Source: Mobula hypostoma
Taxonomy: Eukaryota
DNA length: 64,000 nucleotides
Direction of reading: 5' to 3'
NCBI RefSeq assembly: GCF_963921235.1
Contig: NC_086097.1
Location: 36,272,001 to 36,336,000 of the forward strand
This document shows positions 50,216 to 63,410 of this stretch, piece after piece; within the stretch, counting starts at the first letter, position 1; each line of letters begins with the position of its first letter. The translations under genes were made by a program, and so were the position numbers. The notes under the pieces were generated by a model that was not told the DNA's origin, did no database searches, and saw nothing but the letters and a program-made list of their open reading frames with translations.

Positions 50216-51052
50216 CCCCCACATATGCTTCCAGTGCCAAAACAGTGTGCCCACAATGCACTAACTCTAACTACAGAGTTTTGGAATGTGGGAGGAAACC
50301 AGAGAAACTGGAGGAAACCCATGCAGTCATGGGGAGAACTTGGAAACTTCTTACAGACAGTGGCAAGAATCAAACCTCATTCACTGATCATACTTCGATT
50401 CCCACCACTGTCTGTAAGGAGTTTGTACACCCATCAAAACGTTATCTTAAATACCAACTACTTCTAATTTCCACCATAACCTTTGATGCAGTACCTGAAA
50501 GTGGCTTCTGGAAATCTACCTAATTACTATTATTTAAATAAAAATGTCCCCTTATAACCTATTTAAACAACACTCCCACTACAAACCACTGGCCTGTAGT
50601 TTCTTACTTTCTGTCACCTTTTTGGACTAAATTGTATTTGTTAATTTTTCAATCTATGGAACGACCACTTAATTCAGAAAACTGAAAGCAAGTATTAACA
50701 ATCCCATTAACTTTTGAGATGAATTCCACTAGAATCCAGTGATCTATCAGCCTGCAGCATTGTCAATTTGCTCAGTACCACCTCCTAATTCTCAATTAAC
50801 AGCTATTTCTGAAAGGTTCCTTATATCTACTTCAGTAAAGACTGATATAAAATGCCTGTATACCTCTTCTGTCACCAACTTGTTTTCCATTATTCCCATT
50901 CCTTTTTAACCTCAATCCCTTCTAGCTATGGTAGAGACATACTACATTTGTCCAATGGTTTTTATTCTTTCTGAAACCCCATAATAGCACACTGCAGAAG
51001 GAATCAGAATAATTAAGCAAATTTATCATGAGGTGTGTAAAACTACACATAC

Positions 51053-51170
51053 AATTCCAACTGCTTGGAACAGAGAAGCTGCATTTTCCAGTTTGCGTTT
51101 CCTGGGTGAATTGTGCAAAGCCACTGGATGAGGACTTGTCTCTTCAGTTGGAGATCTTCCTTTTGCAGAC
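51053..51170 (-). CDS. HIF1A: HIF-1alpha exon 13 (NLS RKRK)
   Basis: SAKGRSPTEETSPHPVALHNSPRKRKLENAASLFQAVGI |gtatgt; acceptor ctcgaag is weak, with an in-frame alternative start at 51155. Confidence 0.88.
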
Positions 51171-52168
51171 CTTCGAGCAACCAGAACAGTTTTAGTGCAA
51201 TTACATAATTAAATATACAATATTAGACCTTTAAAATCCTCTGCTAGTGCATGCTGCATTTCCTTTGTATACACTATACACATATACAAACTTTAGCTTT
51301 ACTACACTGCCATTTTTCCTTTTACCCATACAAATTTTGCAGTGAATCCTTTTACTCAGTAAAGGCTGAATTTTACACAGCGGAAAAATAATACACCAGG
51401 TGCAAATATTAAGAATAGGCTAGGAATACTAGCCCCCAGAAAACCACAAAGGAGCCTTGCATGAATACAATCACCTATTGACACACACAATGCATGCACA
51501 ATACAATTATTAATTAACCACATCACTGGCTTAAATGAATTGAGTTGGAAGAAACTGGTACATCATCTTAAAGGACCTTTAGAGATTAGTACTTCAGTAA
51601 ATAAAGTAAGTAAACAGCATCCAAGGTAATATTTGTTCCGGGGCGGACATAGGGAAATGTGTCACAGATTGAGTTACGGCAGAGTTTCTTGGCCAGTGCT
51701 AGACAAAGACACAGTATTTTCAATTACTCCATATCTCTTTCCCTTCCTCATCCATTTTTGATATTCATTGAGGGTGAATGAACTAACTGGATCTCTGTCG
51801 AATAGAGAACGTGAAGACCTGAACTGAGGTCTTTGAAATGTTGCAATTCTGTCTACTGAGTTTTTCCACTTCTGCTAAACAGCAAATTTAGATTCGTCAA
51901 TAATATATTTTCCCAGTTTTCAATAATTAGGGTGAACAGTATAGATGCATTTAGAAAGAAACTTGATGAGCTTGACAAGGAACGATTGGTGTGAAATGGA
52001 ATGGTTGAGCTAATTATCTGCTTCTGATCAGCATATTATGTGTAATTCTCTCAGTTCACGTGCTGGCTGACTGTAATCAAAACCGTCCTAAAACTGTGAT
52101 CACCTGACTACATGCAGGAGGGATCAATTCCTCAACAAGTAAACACTGAAAACAGACAATCAGGTTAC

Positions 52169-52596
52169 CTTTTACTATAATTAAGCAATGCCTTCACTGG
52201 AGATACAGGACTCGGTGAATGTGAAGTATCACTCTGCTGTGACTGTAGTCCTTTTCCTCCAGTCCGAACAGGTGAAGTCATTCTGCTGCTGTCCTTGCAA
52301 TATGGTGACTCTTGGGTACTATTCATTTCATTTGTACGTATGCAAGACTTAACTGCAACCATAGGCTCAATCTTTAAAGCCACCTGCTTTAATGCTTGCA
52401 TATTCTTGTGTGGAGTGTTATTAATAGATCTTTCAGCTTGTGGAAAGATGTCAACCACATTGTTTAAACTTTGTGCGCTGGGAGGTGTGGCTGGAGAATC
52501 AGCAAGTGGTGATAGTTGGTCCAGTGATCGTAGCTGAAAATCGTCATCCATTGGGATGTATGGAGCCAACATCTCCAAATCCAAGTTATCAATATC
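52169..52596 (-). CDS. HIF1A: HIF-1alpha exon 12 (CODD; hydroxylated-Pro codon at 52561-52563)
   Basis: cttcag| [30 protein letters not shown]...LLNYSK |gtaacc; 428 nt. Confidence 0.97.
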
Positions 52597-53050
52597 CTGA
52601 AGAAATTAACCATTTAAATATATTAAGATTGACACAAATTTGCTCTTGGCTTAAAATAGACCAAAACTAAATTCATACCTTCAATCTAATTCAAAATATC
52701 GTTTTAATTATCGGTACTGTGAAACAAAATAACGAAAACAGAAACCATCTCTCTGAATTCCATCTTCACAATAAATGATCTACATTTTCAAAGTGAAAAC
52801 TTGAATTAAATGTGGCTCAGGGTACTTTAACTAAAAGTGTGCTCAAGTAGTTGGCTTGGTAGGTTATACAATAGGAGTGTTCAGGAACTTTCTGGACTAC
52901 TCTGATGTTTTGGCTGAGTTTACTTAGACCATAAGATATAGGAGCAGAATTAAGCCTTTTGGCCCACTGAATCTACCTTGCTCTGTAATGTACTATTGCG
53001 ATTTTGGCATTACTTGGAATACAATTCGTTATAGAGGTATTTTGTCATAC

Positions 53051-53173
53051 CTGAACAGAGAAGGGATTCTTGGCTTCTGGATCATTTGCAAAAAGCTTTT
53101 CCACTATGTCCAGTTTGAACTCATTGGAAATGTCAGCATCAACATTAAAGCAGTAAGGTGAAGTACTACTTGG
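53051..53173 (-). CDS. HIF1A: HIF-1alpha exon 11
   Basis: tcacag| [41 protein letters not shown] |gtatga; 123 nt. Confidence 0.97.
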
Positions 53174-53469
53174 CTGTGAAAATAGTTAATGATTAGATGG
53201 AGTAAAAGCAAATCAGGAAATTAATAAAGTACTATTACTATTGAATTTGTGAACAAAAATAGGACTATCTCTTGTATAGGGAAACAAAATCAAACCGTAG
53301 AACTTCAATATATCCAATCTAACTGCAGCACAGTAATGGTTGAAGATGAGCTCTAACATGTGTGCATGTTTCATTTCAAAAAATTCATCAGTGAAGATTT
53401 CTAAATGTAGACTTCCTTTCAGCAGTTACACAATTTTAGTTCTTACACAAATTTAAAAGAATTTAATTA

Positions 53470-53837
53470 CAGGTGCCCCCCGCTTTACGAAAGTTCGCTT
53501 TACGCCACTTCGCTTTTATGAAAGACCTACATTAGTACCTGTTTTTGCTAACCAAAAGAAATCCGAAGAGGATTTTCGCTTTTACGACAAAAGGCGCCCG
53601 CTTTAAACTTCTGGTTACCCCGTGAAAGACTACCATGACTATGAAGCCTTGCGCGGGCAGGTGTGTGTGCATGTGGGTGATTTTTGGTATGATTTGGTAG
53701 GTTATTTTTTGGGGGCTGGGAACGCTCAAAATTTTTTTCCCATATAAATTAATGGTAATTGCTTCTTCACGGTATGCCATTTCGGCTTACAAAGGTTTCA
53801 GAGGAACGCTCTACTTTCGGATAGCGGGGGAAACTTG
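53470..53837. mobile_element. Tigger/pogo-type MITE in HIF1A intron 10
   Basis: TA on both sides (53468-69, 53838-39); imperfect TIRs CAGGTGCCCCCCGCTTTACGAAAGT / ACTTTCGGATAGCGGGGGAAACTTG. Confidence 0.8.
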
Positions 53838-53876
53838 TAAATGATATATTTGAAAAGCCTGCTGAAGAACACTTAC

Positions 53877-54154
53877 TTGTGTTGAATTCTGACTGCTGCA
53901 AGGACAAGAAGAGCTGCTTGATTGTTCATTCATTTGTGGAATGGAAAATGAAAATTCCAGTGGCTCCTGGTTCGTTTCAAGTTTGATCATCGATTCTAAA
54001 TTCAAGGACGACTCTGTGCTACTGCATAACGGCTTTGCTGTATCAGGATGAGGGAGGGGTGATAGTGCCAGATCTACTGTCTTCCGGTCAGTGGAGGAGG
54101 GCAACATGACATCATTGTAAAGAGGGACATCATCAAACTGCTGCATTTCTGAAT
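53877..54154 (-). CDS. HIF1A: HIF-1alpha exon 10
   Basis: ttttag| DSEMQQFDDVPLYNDVMLPS...LALSPLP...LEFSFSIPQ...QNSTQ |gtaagt; 278 nt. Confidence 0.96.
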
Positions 54155-54988
54155 CTAAAACAAAATTTAAGCTACATTTAGACTTAATGAACTTACTGTT
54201 CGCCTCTTAACTCAAGAAAATTTACGTTAAGTTAAAATCTTTTCATTAGTATAAACTCATGTTATTGGTAATATTTTGAGCTATGAAGACACAAATTAGA
54301 AATCTGCTGAAGCTGAATCTTACAAGTTTTAATTAACCCTTTCTAATTCCTTGATTTTTAATTTCTCAAGTAAACTGTTAAAGATGTTGATGAATGTCTG
54401 TGTCTTCAACTTTGGAAAATATATGTAAATGATTTAAGTACTTCAGAAGTCAATGTTACAGATCTCCAAAGTACATCACTGACAAAATTTGAATTCTAAT
54501 TTCTGTAAATGAATCCTTGACTGGAGACATTTTATAAAGTTCAAAGAGAGGTGATATGGCCTTTTACTACTATCTGCCTCACAGCACATGATAGTTATTC
54601 CCTGGATGAAAAGGATCAGACCTATCAAAAACACTTCTATCTCTGTCACATCCCTGGTAAACTAATGTTGTGCAACAAGGTTGCCCGTGGGAAAGAAAAT
54701 TAAACAAGCCGGAACTCTCAATACTTCTCAGCATTTGGAATGGCTGTAGCCTTTTCAGATTTATCTTTGCCTTATCAAAAGTTGAGTATTTCAATACTAA
54801 TGCAAATCTGTTATCCTTATTCCTTTCCTTAGAACCACAAAGAAAAGTGGAAATGAATCTTGCTCTGAGGGCTTTATATTTCATTGTTTAACCAGTTTCT
54901 ATTTATGAAAGAAATGTCTACTCACAATATGAGTGCCTAGAATTCAAAATCAACAAAACACACAGTATGCATGGAAACAGCTTCCTAC

Positions 54989-55206
54989 CCGAGGGGCTGA
55001 AGTTCAGCGAGACAACTGTATCACCGGCAGCAGGTGCAAGTTGAGTCAAAGCCTCTGGTTCCTCCTTCAGTTTGTCAAAAAGATCATTGGCCTCTTCATT
55101 TGTCGATTGATCAGCTGTTTTAGTAGGTTCCTCAGACTTTTCGGCAGGTACTGGTACACACTCTGTCTGATCCAGTGAAAGAACCACTTCTTTTTCAACT
55201 AGACCA
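54989..55206 (-). CDS. HIF1A: HIF-1alpha exon 9 (NODD; hydroxylated-Pro codon at 55032-55034)
   Basis: ttccag| GLVEKEVVLSLDQTEC...LFDKLKEEPEALTQLAPAAGDTVVSLNFSPS |gtagga; 218 nt. Confidence 0.97.
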
Positions 55207-55568
55207 CTGGAAGAAATATTAGTATATTTATCCTGTTATTCACAATAAGGTAGTTGCTCCTATTCCACATCTTTTCAAAAGGAGCTACAACTTGGGAAAA
55301 GACAAGCTTTCTGCATTTTTTTTTAAATAGTGCATTAAGTTGTCACTTTCAAGATTTTGTCATGCATTCCACGTCGAAATTAGGGCAAACTTGTTCAGGA
55401 AGGGTTACAATGATCTCAATTCTTTCCTCCTGATGTTTGTATTAATGGGTATGTACACGGAAACAATCCAAATGTTTAGTTATTAAGGACATACAATCAT
55501 TCTACCATGTATAAAAATAATTCCTGTTCTACAAGAATCATTACTATATTTTTATTATAGATCCTTAC

Positions 55569-55716
55569 CTCAAAACGTAATTCACACAAACGATGCACTG
55601 AGGTTGGGAATTTTTTGCATTGTAGATGACTGTGGCTTGAGTTTCGACCCAAACGTAACCACCTTCCTTGCCTAACATCCTGTACTGGCCCGTAGTGGCT
55701 TGGCCTTTAGTAAACA
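55569..55716 (-). CDS. HIF1A: HIF-1alpha exon 8 (PAS-B/PAC)
   Basis: ctcaag| [49 protein letters not shown] |gtaagg; 148 nt. Confidence 0.98.
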
Positions 55717-56071
55717 CTTGAGGAAAAGACAGACAAACTTAAATGTGGTAAAGCTGTCAAAGAAGCCTCCTCAGCTAATAGTAAGGCTTTCACAATCAAA
55801 AGCTGTCACAAGTAACCTGGCTTTTTAGTGTAACATTCATGAGTATGAGGAGTACCTGCATTTATAAGCTATTCACAGAAACTGTTTTGGAAATCTAACT
55901 GGATAGATTTGTATGCAGCTGAAATAGATACCATCATTGCTTAAAGGCATGTGGGTGAAATGTTAGAGGTCCTTGATGATGGATACTGCCTCCAGAGCGC
56001 TCTCTTCACGCTGCTGCCATCAGGAAATGGGTATAGGAGTCATAGGTCCCACACTACCAGGTTCAAGAACA

Positions 56072-58845
56072 GTACTTGGAGCTATGATGTTGTGGCCATT
56101 ACAGAGACTAGGATGGCGCAGGGGCAGGAATGGTTACTTAGAGTGCCAGGCTTTAGATGTTTCAGAAAGGACAGGGAGGGAGGCAAAAGAGGTGGGGGCG
56201 TGGCACTGCTAATCCGAGATAGTGTCACGGCTGCAGAAAAGGAGGAAATCATGGAGGAATTGTCTACTGAGTCTCTGTGGGTGGCAGTTAGAAACAGGAA
56301 GGGATCAATAACTTTACTGGTTATTTTTTTCTTATATAGACCACCCAATAGTATCAGGGACATCGACGAGCAAATAGGGTGATGGATTCTGGAACGGTGC
56401 AATAATAAGGTTGTCGTGATGGGAGATTTTAATTTCCCCAATATTGATTGGCATCTCCCTAGAGTAAGAGGTTTAGATTGGGCGGAGTTTGTTAGATGTG
56501 TTCAGGAAGGTTTCCTTTCACAATATCTAAATAAGCCAACAAGAGGAGAGGTTGTACCTGATCTGGTATTGGGAACTGAACCTGGTCAGGTGTCAGGTCT
56601 TTCAATGGGAGAGCATTTTGGAGATAGAATTGTGATCACTATCTCCTTTACCATAGCATTGGAGAGGGATAGAAGCAGACAAGTCAGGAAAACGTTTAAT
56701 TGGAGTAAGGGGAAATATGAAGCTATCAGACAGGAACCTGGAAGCATAAATTAGGAGCAGATGTTCTCAGACAAATGTACGGCAGAAATATGGCAAATGT
56801 TCAGGGGATATTTGTATGACGTTCTGCAAAGTTATGTTCCAATCAGAAAGGGAAAGGATGGAAGGGTACAGGAACCATGGTGTACAAAGGCTGTTGTAAA
56901 TCTAGTTCAGAACGAAAGAAGAGCTTACGAAAGGTTCAAAAAACGAGATAATAATAGAAATCTAGAAAATTATAAGGCCAGCAGGAAGGAGCTTAAGAAT
57001 GAAATTAGGAGAGCCTTGGCAAGCAGGATTAAGGAAAACCCCAAGGCACTCGACAAGTATGTGAAGAGCAAGAGGATAAGACATGAGAAAATAGGACCAA
57101 TCAAGTGTGACAGTGGAAAAGTGTGTATGGAACTGGAGGAGATTGCGGGGGTACTTAATGAATACTTTGCTTCAGTGTTCACTATGGGAAAAGGACCTTG
57201 GCAATTGTAGGGATGACTTACAGCGGACTGAAAAGCTTGAGCATATAGACATTTAGAAAGAGGATGTGCTGGAGCTTTTGGAAAGCACCAAGTTGGATAA
57301 GTTGCCGGGACCGTTCAAGATATACCCCAGGCTACTGTGTGAGGCAAGGGAGGAGATTGCTGAGCCTCTGGCAATGATGTTTGCATCATCAATGGGAACA
57401 GGAGAAGTTCTGGAGGATTGCAGGGTTGCAGATGTTGTCCCTTATTCCAGAAAGGGAGTAGAGATAGCCCAGGAAATTATAGACCAGTGGTTAGTAAGTT
57501 GACGGAGAAGATCCTGGGAGGCAGGATTTAAGAACATTTGGAGAGGCATAATAAGATTAGGAATAGTCAGCATAGCTTTGTCAAAGGCAGGTCGTGCCTT
57601 ACAAGCCTGATTGAATTTTTTGAGGATGTGACTAAACACATTGATGAAGGTAGTGCCATAGATGTAGTGTATATGGATTTTAGCAAGGCGTTTGATAAGG
57701 TACAGTACCCCATGCAAGGCTTATTGAGAAAGTAAAGAGGCATGGGATCCAAGGGGACATTGTTTTGTGGATCTGGAACTGGCTTGCATACAGAAGGCAA
57801 AGTGTGGTTTTAGACAGGTCATGTTCTGCATGGAGGCCGGTGACCGGTGGTGTGCCTCAGGGATCTGATCTGGGACCCCTACTCTTTGTGATTTTCATAA
57901 ATGACCTGGATGAGGAAGTGGAGGGATGGGTTAGTAAATTTGCTGATGATACAAAGGTTGAGGGTGTTGTGGATAGTGTGGAGGGCTGTCAGAGGTTATA
58001 ATGGAACATTAATAGGATGCAAAACTGGGCTGAGAAGTGGCAGATGGAGTTCAACCCAGATAAGTGTGAAGTGGTTCATTTTGGTAGGTCAAATATGATG
58101 GCAGAATATAGTATTAATGGTAAGGCTCTTGGCAGTGTGGAGGATCAGAGGGATCTTGGGGTCCGAGTCCATAGGACGCTCAAAGCAGCTGCGCAGGTTG
58201 ACTCTGGTTAAGAAGGCATACGGTGTATTGGCCTTCATTAATTGTGGAATTGAATATAGGAGTCGAGGGGTAATGTTGTAGCTATATAGGACCCTGGTCA
58301 GACCCAACTTGGAGTACTGTGCTCAGTTCTGGTCACCTCACTACAGAAAGGATGTGCAAACTATAGAAAGGGTGCAGAGGAGATTTACAAGGGTGTTGCC
58401 TGGATTGGGGAGCATGCCTAATGAAAATAAGTTAAGTGAACTCAGGCTTTTCTCATTGGAATGACAGAGGATGAGAGGTGGCCTGACAGAGGTGTACAAG
58501 ATGATGAGAGGCATTGATCGTGTGGATAGTCATAGGCTTTTTCCCAGGGGTGAAATGGCTAACAGGAGAGGGCACAGTTGTAAGCTGCTTGGAAGTAGGT
58601 ACAGAGGAGATGTCAGGGGTAAGTTTTTTTACGCAGGGAGTGGTGAGTGCATGGAATGGGCTGCGGTGATGGTGGTGGAAGCAGATATAATAGGGTCTTT
58701 TAAGAGACTCTTGGATAGGTATATGAAGCTTAGAAAAATAGAGGGCTATGACCAACCCTAGGTAATTTCTAAAGTAAGTACATGTTCGGCACAACATTGT
58801 GGGCCAAAGGGTCTGTACTGTGCCGTAGGTTTTCTATGTTTCTAT
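56072..58845 (+). mobile_element. CR1 LINE ORF2 (endonuclease plus RT), degenerate, in HIF1A intron 7
   Basis: [58 protein letters not shown] tail. Confidence 0.95.
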
Positions 58846-59095
58846 TATCTTCACTCATCAGGCTCCTGAACCATTGTGGATAACTTCATTCACCCCAACA
58901 ATGAACTGATTCCACAACTTATGGACTTATTTTCAAGAACTCTACAACTAGTGTTCTCAGTTTATTTATTTAATATTTGCACAGATTGTCTTCCTTTGCG
59001 CATTGGTTGTTTGCCAGTCTTTGTTTCTCATTGATTCTATTGTATTTCATTGTTCTACTGAGAATACCCATAAGAAAATGATTATTAAGGTGGTG

Positions 59096-60265
59096 TAGTG
59101 GATTCTGATTAATTGGGACACTATGCCACTTAATTGGGACAGAAGAATGTTGCTGAATAATTTCTAAGCAGCGTCAGTCACGTGAACTTGTGTGGACATT
59201 GGACACTACAACTGCTTAGAGCAACAGTTTTTAAATAGTATCGGCTCTGTGTATGTGTGTTCAAAAAACAATCATTTTGTCACAGATAGCTGGCAAGAAA
59301 TAAGTAGGTAAATTAGAACTGATTTGCTCACTGCAGTTTCAAGCATTCAGGCTTGCAGATGCCAGAAACAGCCGGGAGTGAAAACAAAACAATTTCACTA
59401 CTTCAATAAGATAGAAACTATAAAAAATTTGAAAGATGCAATCATTAAAAGCATTGTATGTAGGCAGTCCATTATCTGCACTAGGTGTCTGTGTTATTTT
59501 GTTCGCTTACAGTCAATCAAATCAACACAGCAATGTGTTGGTTGCCTATCGTGTCTGATGATGACAGTAAAACCTGTGCAGGAGAGTTTTTTAAGTGGAA
59601 TGCCATTGCGCTAGGACAGTGCTGCACTCTTGATCACAAACTGGGGTCCTCCTTAGTTGCAGTGCATAATCATGACTACTTCTGAGCCGTACCATGCCCT
59701 TTGCTCTCCACAAAACATTGCAGAACCAGCTTCCTGGCTATTGGATCTCACTGTTGATTTCATCCACTCAGCCCGCCAGAGCTGACTTGCGTGCTAGAAC
59801 ACCCTACTTTACTATTTGCCCGTTGGCTACCGTTACTTGGTCTAGGCTGCCTGTCGAGGCAGTGTACCAGGGTATGACTGCTGTCACATAAAAACAGCTA
59901 CTTGGAGTCACAGTCGAGAGCTGAGTATCCAGTGGGGACAAAAGGTGAGTGAGCTGGCCCAGAATGGACACAACAAACCCTTTACCAGAGGTGCAAGCCC
60001 TCCCCAGACACCCCATACACAGCAGCAAACATTACATGAATTACTCTTGTAGATAACCATTATGAAATAATAGCTTTATAATATTGTAGTAGCATTGGTA
60101 GTATTCTAATTTATTCTGTATTTAATTTAAATGCATAATTAGTTACTCAGTTAAACAGCAGTTTGTCTTTTTTTAAAATAACTTTTTAACTATTTCCATG
60201 AAACCTTGGCCAGTAAGGTCAAAATGTACTGGTCCAGATGTGTCCTGATTAACTGGAATCCACTG
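59096..60265. mobile_element. Tigger-like non-autonomous DNA transposon
   Basis: TIRs TAGTGGATTCTGATTAATTGGGAC / GTCCTGATTAACTGGAATCCACTG|TA. Confidence 0.7.
59533..60016 (-). mobile_element. ~480-bp non-coding insert, probably a bipartite RTE-derived element
   Basis: 8-bp TSD ACACAGCA at 59525-59532 and 60017-60024; no TIRs; ends resemble RTE 5' and 3' UTRs. Confidence 0.55.
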
Positions 60266-60319
60266 TATATGGTGACATATAGATACTTGATAATAAATTT
60301 ACTTTGAATATTTTTGTCA

Positions 60320-60517
<198 letters not shown>

Positions 60518-62141
60518 CTACATGAGAGAATTGCCTTGGCGCGCTGTACAATGCAGTACTGCATTTCTTTCAATTCAGAGTCATGTATATTCAAAAATAG
60601 TACATTCAAGACAATTTCTATAGTATTTTCCAGTGTTACCTTGTTGGGACTGCTTTTCCCTGGTTTTATTCTGATCAGTTAAAAACAGAATCTCCTCTGC
60701 ACAGTTATCTGTCACTAAGCATCTTTTCCTTTCTTCATTAATGTGATTTCCCTCATGAACTTCTGCAGTCAGCCTGTTTCCTCAAATACACTGATAATGA
60801 TCAAAATCTATGTTGCCCCATCTTCACTCAGCTGCTGCTTAATTTTTAAACTGTCATACAGCATGACCAGAAAGTTTTTTTGTATAAATATTTTAAGGAC
60901 ACAAACATCCTTGTTTCATCCACAATCATAGCATCTTACATTCTAAGATGAACTTCAGAACATATTCCCACATTATGTCCAAAGATTCACATCCATGTAT
61001 CACTAAAACTGGTGTTTCTAAGATGACTGGCTGATCAAGGTTCTAGCCTTTGGAATTTTCATTTTAAACTCCTTTCACTGTCATTTTTTTTTGCCAAATT
61101 CAATTTTGACTTTTTTTATTTCCTGCAATGAGATGCTTCTCAAAATGAACTTTTAAAAACCAAATACTGAATTATCTGCTCAATTCTGCAATGTGCCTTG
61201 TTGTTTCCCAATGTTTAAAGCACAAAATAAAAGTTGGATTGCAATAGTTTAATAATGTGGCTATCATCCCTTGCAGATAGCCACATAAGCAATAAACATC
61301 AGGCTAATAATTCTGACTTCAGTCATTGGAAAACATCCAAGCAAATAATGTTACTGATTTTAATCAAACTCAGTACCTGATAAAGTTGTAATTGGAAACC
61401 TTGTCATTTAGTAAACTGTGGTTAAGCTTATCAAAATTTCAGACTGCATTATCTCTGTCTTTATGCTCCTTTAGAATACAGGCTGCTATGAATTCATGAC
61501 TTATGGATACCCATAAATATGAACAAGCTCATGTTATTAAACTTGAAAGTATGAATGCCAGAACTAGTTTCTACTATTGCGCGCTCTCTCTCCCCCACCC
61601 CCCCACTTTTACTAATTGCTCTTATCAGTCATGTGTGCTCTTGATGCCATTTATTGCAATACTGTAAAGGTATGGTAATCACAATAATTTTTCTTTGTAT
61701 ATTCTCTGACTTTTTTAAAAAAAAGAGCTAAATTTGAAGACTCAATTCATGCCAGCCGGTTAACTTTTAATTTTTGTATTGAACCAGCCTAAATATTTGA
61801 AATAGGAATGCCACACTATCAACTTAAATATGTGGACACAGAAACTTTCTTCAGTCCCAATTAAAAATTATCTATAAACCCTAATTGTCTAATTTAACTG
61901 AACTCTAAAAATTCAAAACTGTAAATTCATTTCTCAGCATTAAACCTTCATGATACAAAGTTAGGCCTCCAAAGTTGTTAGAGCTGTCTTTTCCATTAAG
62001 AACAAGTATAAACCCATTGAACTATTGATCTAGATTAAAACTTAAGAACGATTCAAACACAGAAGACTCAATCATTTCAAATTCAACATTGGAGTATGCC
62101 AAATATATATACAGCATTATTTCTTAAGTCTTTTAACTTGC

Positions 62142-62344
62142 CTCTCATCACAATAGGAGAATTTCATGTCCAGGCTATGACGACTTAAAAACGTCTTGCT
62201 GTCCAGTTTGACCTCTATGTTGGATGGGTGTGGAATAGGTTCACAGATCAAAACCAGACAGGTCATAGGAGGCTCCTTGTGACCACAGTGTGCCTGCTCA
62301 TTACTGGATTTGTATACTCGAATGTGTCCCGTGCAATGAAGCAC
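62142..62344 (-). CDS. HIF1A: HIF-1alpha exon 6 (PAS-A end to PAS-B start), GC donor
   Basis: ttgtag| [11 protein letters not shown]...[40 protein letters not shown] |gcaagt; 203 nt. Confidence 0.97.
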
Positions 62345-63297
62345 CTACAAAAGACAAGTCCGTATTTGGTAGTTGCTAGGATTTGTGTCCTTAAGTGTAT
62401 TTAAATTGTCAAATTATTTTAACTTGGATATTGAAGATATTTGCCTTTCTGCAACACCAAACCTTTGCAGAATTTACCCTCATAAATCATCACAGTGACT
62501 TTAATAGCAGTACTCTTCTTTAAATACTCTGGAAGAACAGTTTTAAACGGCCTATTTGAGTTGGTCTACCCCAATTTTACTCCAAATGGAGTAACACTGA
62601 CTCTCCGAGTTCAGTTTTACCTCCTCCCTGATGATGTACATTGAGTATCATATCAAGCCCTTTCAAACTCGAGTTAAGTTTACAGGTGTGTTCACGCATT
62701 TATACCAGGTTAAACTTCCACTTTGCACTGCCTTAAGCATGTAGAAACATTCCTTAGCGAACAGAACTGGAATTGGTATTCAGAAGCTTTCAAATATAGG
62801 ACACTTTACTTACAAGAATTATATTCCAAGTTTCTATCAATGTTTTCCATTATCCATTTATTTTTTGTTGATTCCTACTCTCCAATGAATCTATTTAGCT
62901 TCTAGTCTAAAATTGTAGATTCATCTTTAAACTGTTGCATTATCATTTCCATTGTGTACATATTTGTATTTTATTTGCTTTTTTCTTCCATGTGGCATAT
63001 TTGCCAACATTAAACTTATTTATTATTCTGTCCAGATATATAACCTAACTGTTGCTTCTGAATCCAGTACCTTCATCAACCAGAAGTTTCTTATCCTCTT
63101 AAGATTTACCCTTTATTCCCCAGATATTGTTGGAGAGTGCTTAACCTAACATGTTGTTTGAACATCAAGATAGTCACATCCATTTGTAGTTTCATGTCCT
63201 TTTAGAAATCACTAAGTTGGCTGTTTGGGGTTCCATGTCCAAATCTGCTCATTCAGGAAAGATAACAATATCTAGAGATTAGAATTAAACTTCATAC

Positions 63298-63410
63298 CTT
63301 CCACGTTGCAGATTTAATATTAACAGTACGGCCCCGACTTGTCAAAGTACATTTCATCCGCAAGAAAAAGTTACGTTCGGTGTTCTGATCCTTCCCCTTC
63401 TTCAAAAGTC
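63298..63410 (-). CDS. HIF1A: HIF-1alpha exon 5 (PAS-A); upstream exons lie outside the window
   Basis: acttag| [37 protein letters not shown] |gtatga; 113 nt. Confidence 0.98.

Larger units (their letters stand above)
55965..60308 (+). mobile_element. Rex/Babar 3' end split into three pieces (55965-56071, 58846-59095, 60266-60308) by later insertions
   Basis: The pieces join into a sequence matching the reverse complement of 25780-26212, ending ATAATAAATTTACTTTGAA. Confidence 0.7.

Noticed and set aside
52057..52065. Isolated CACGTGCTG HRE/E-box in intron 12
   Set aside because: A single short motif with no cluster or CpG island; expected by chance
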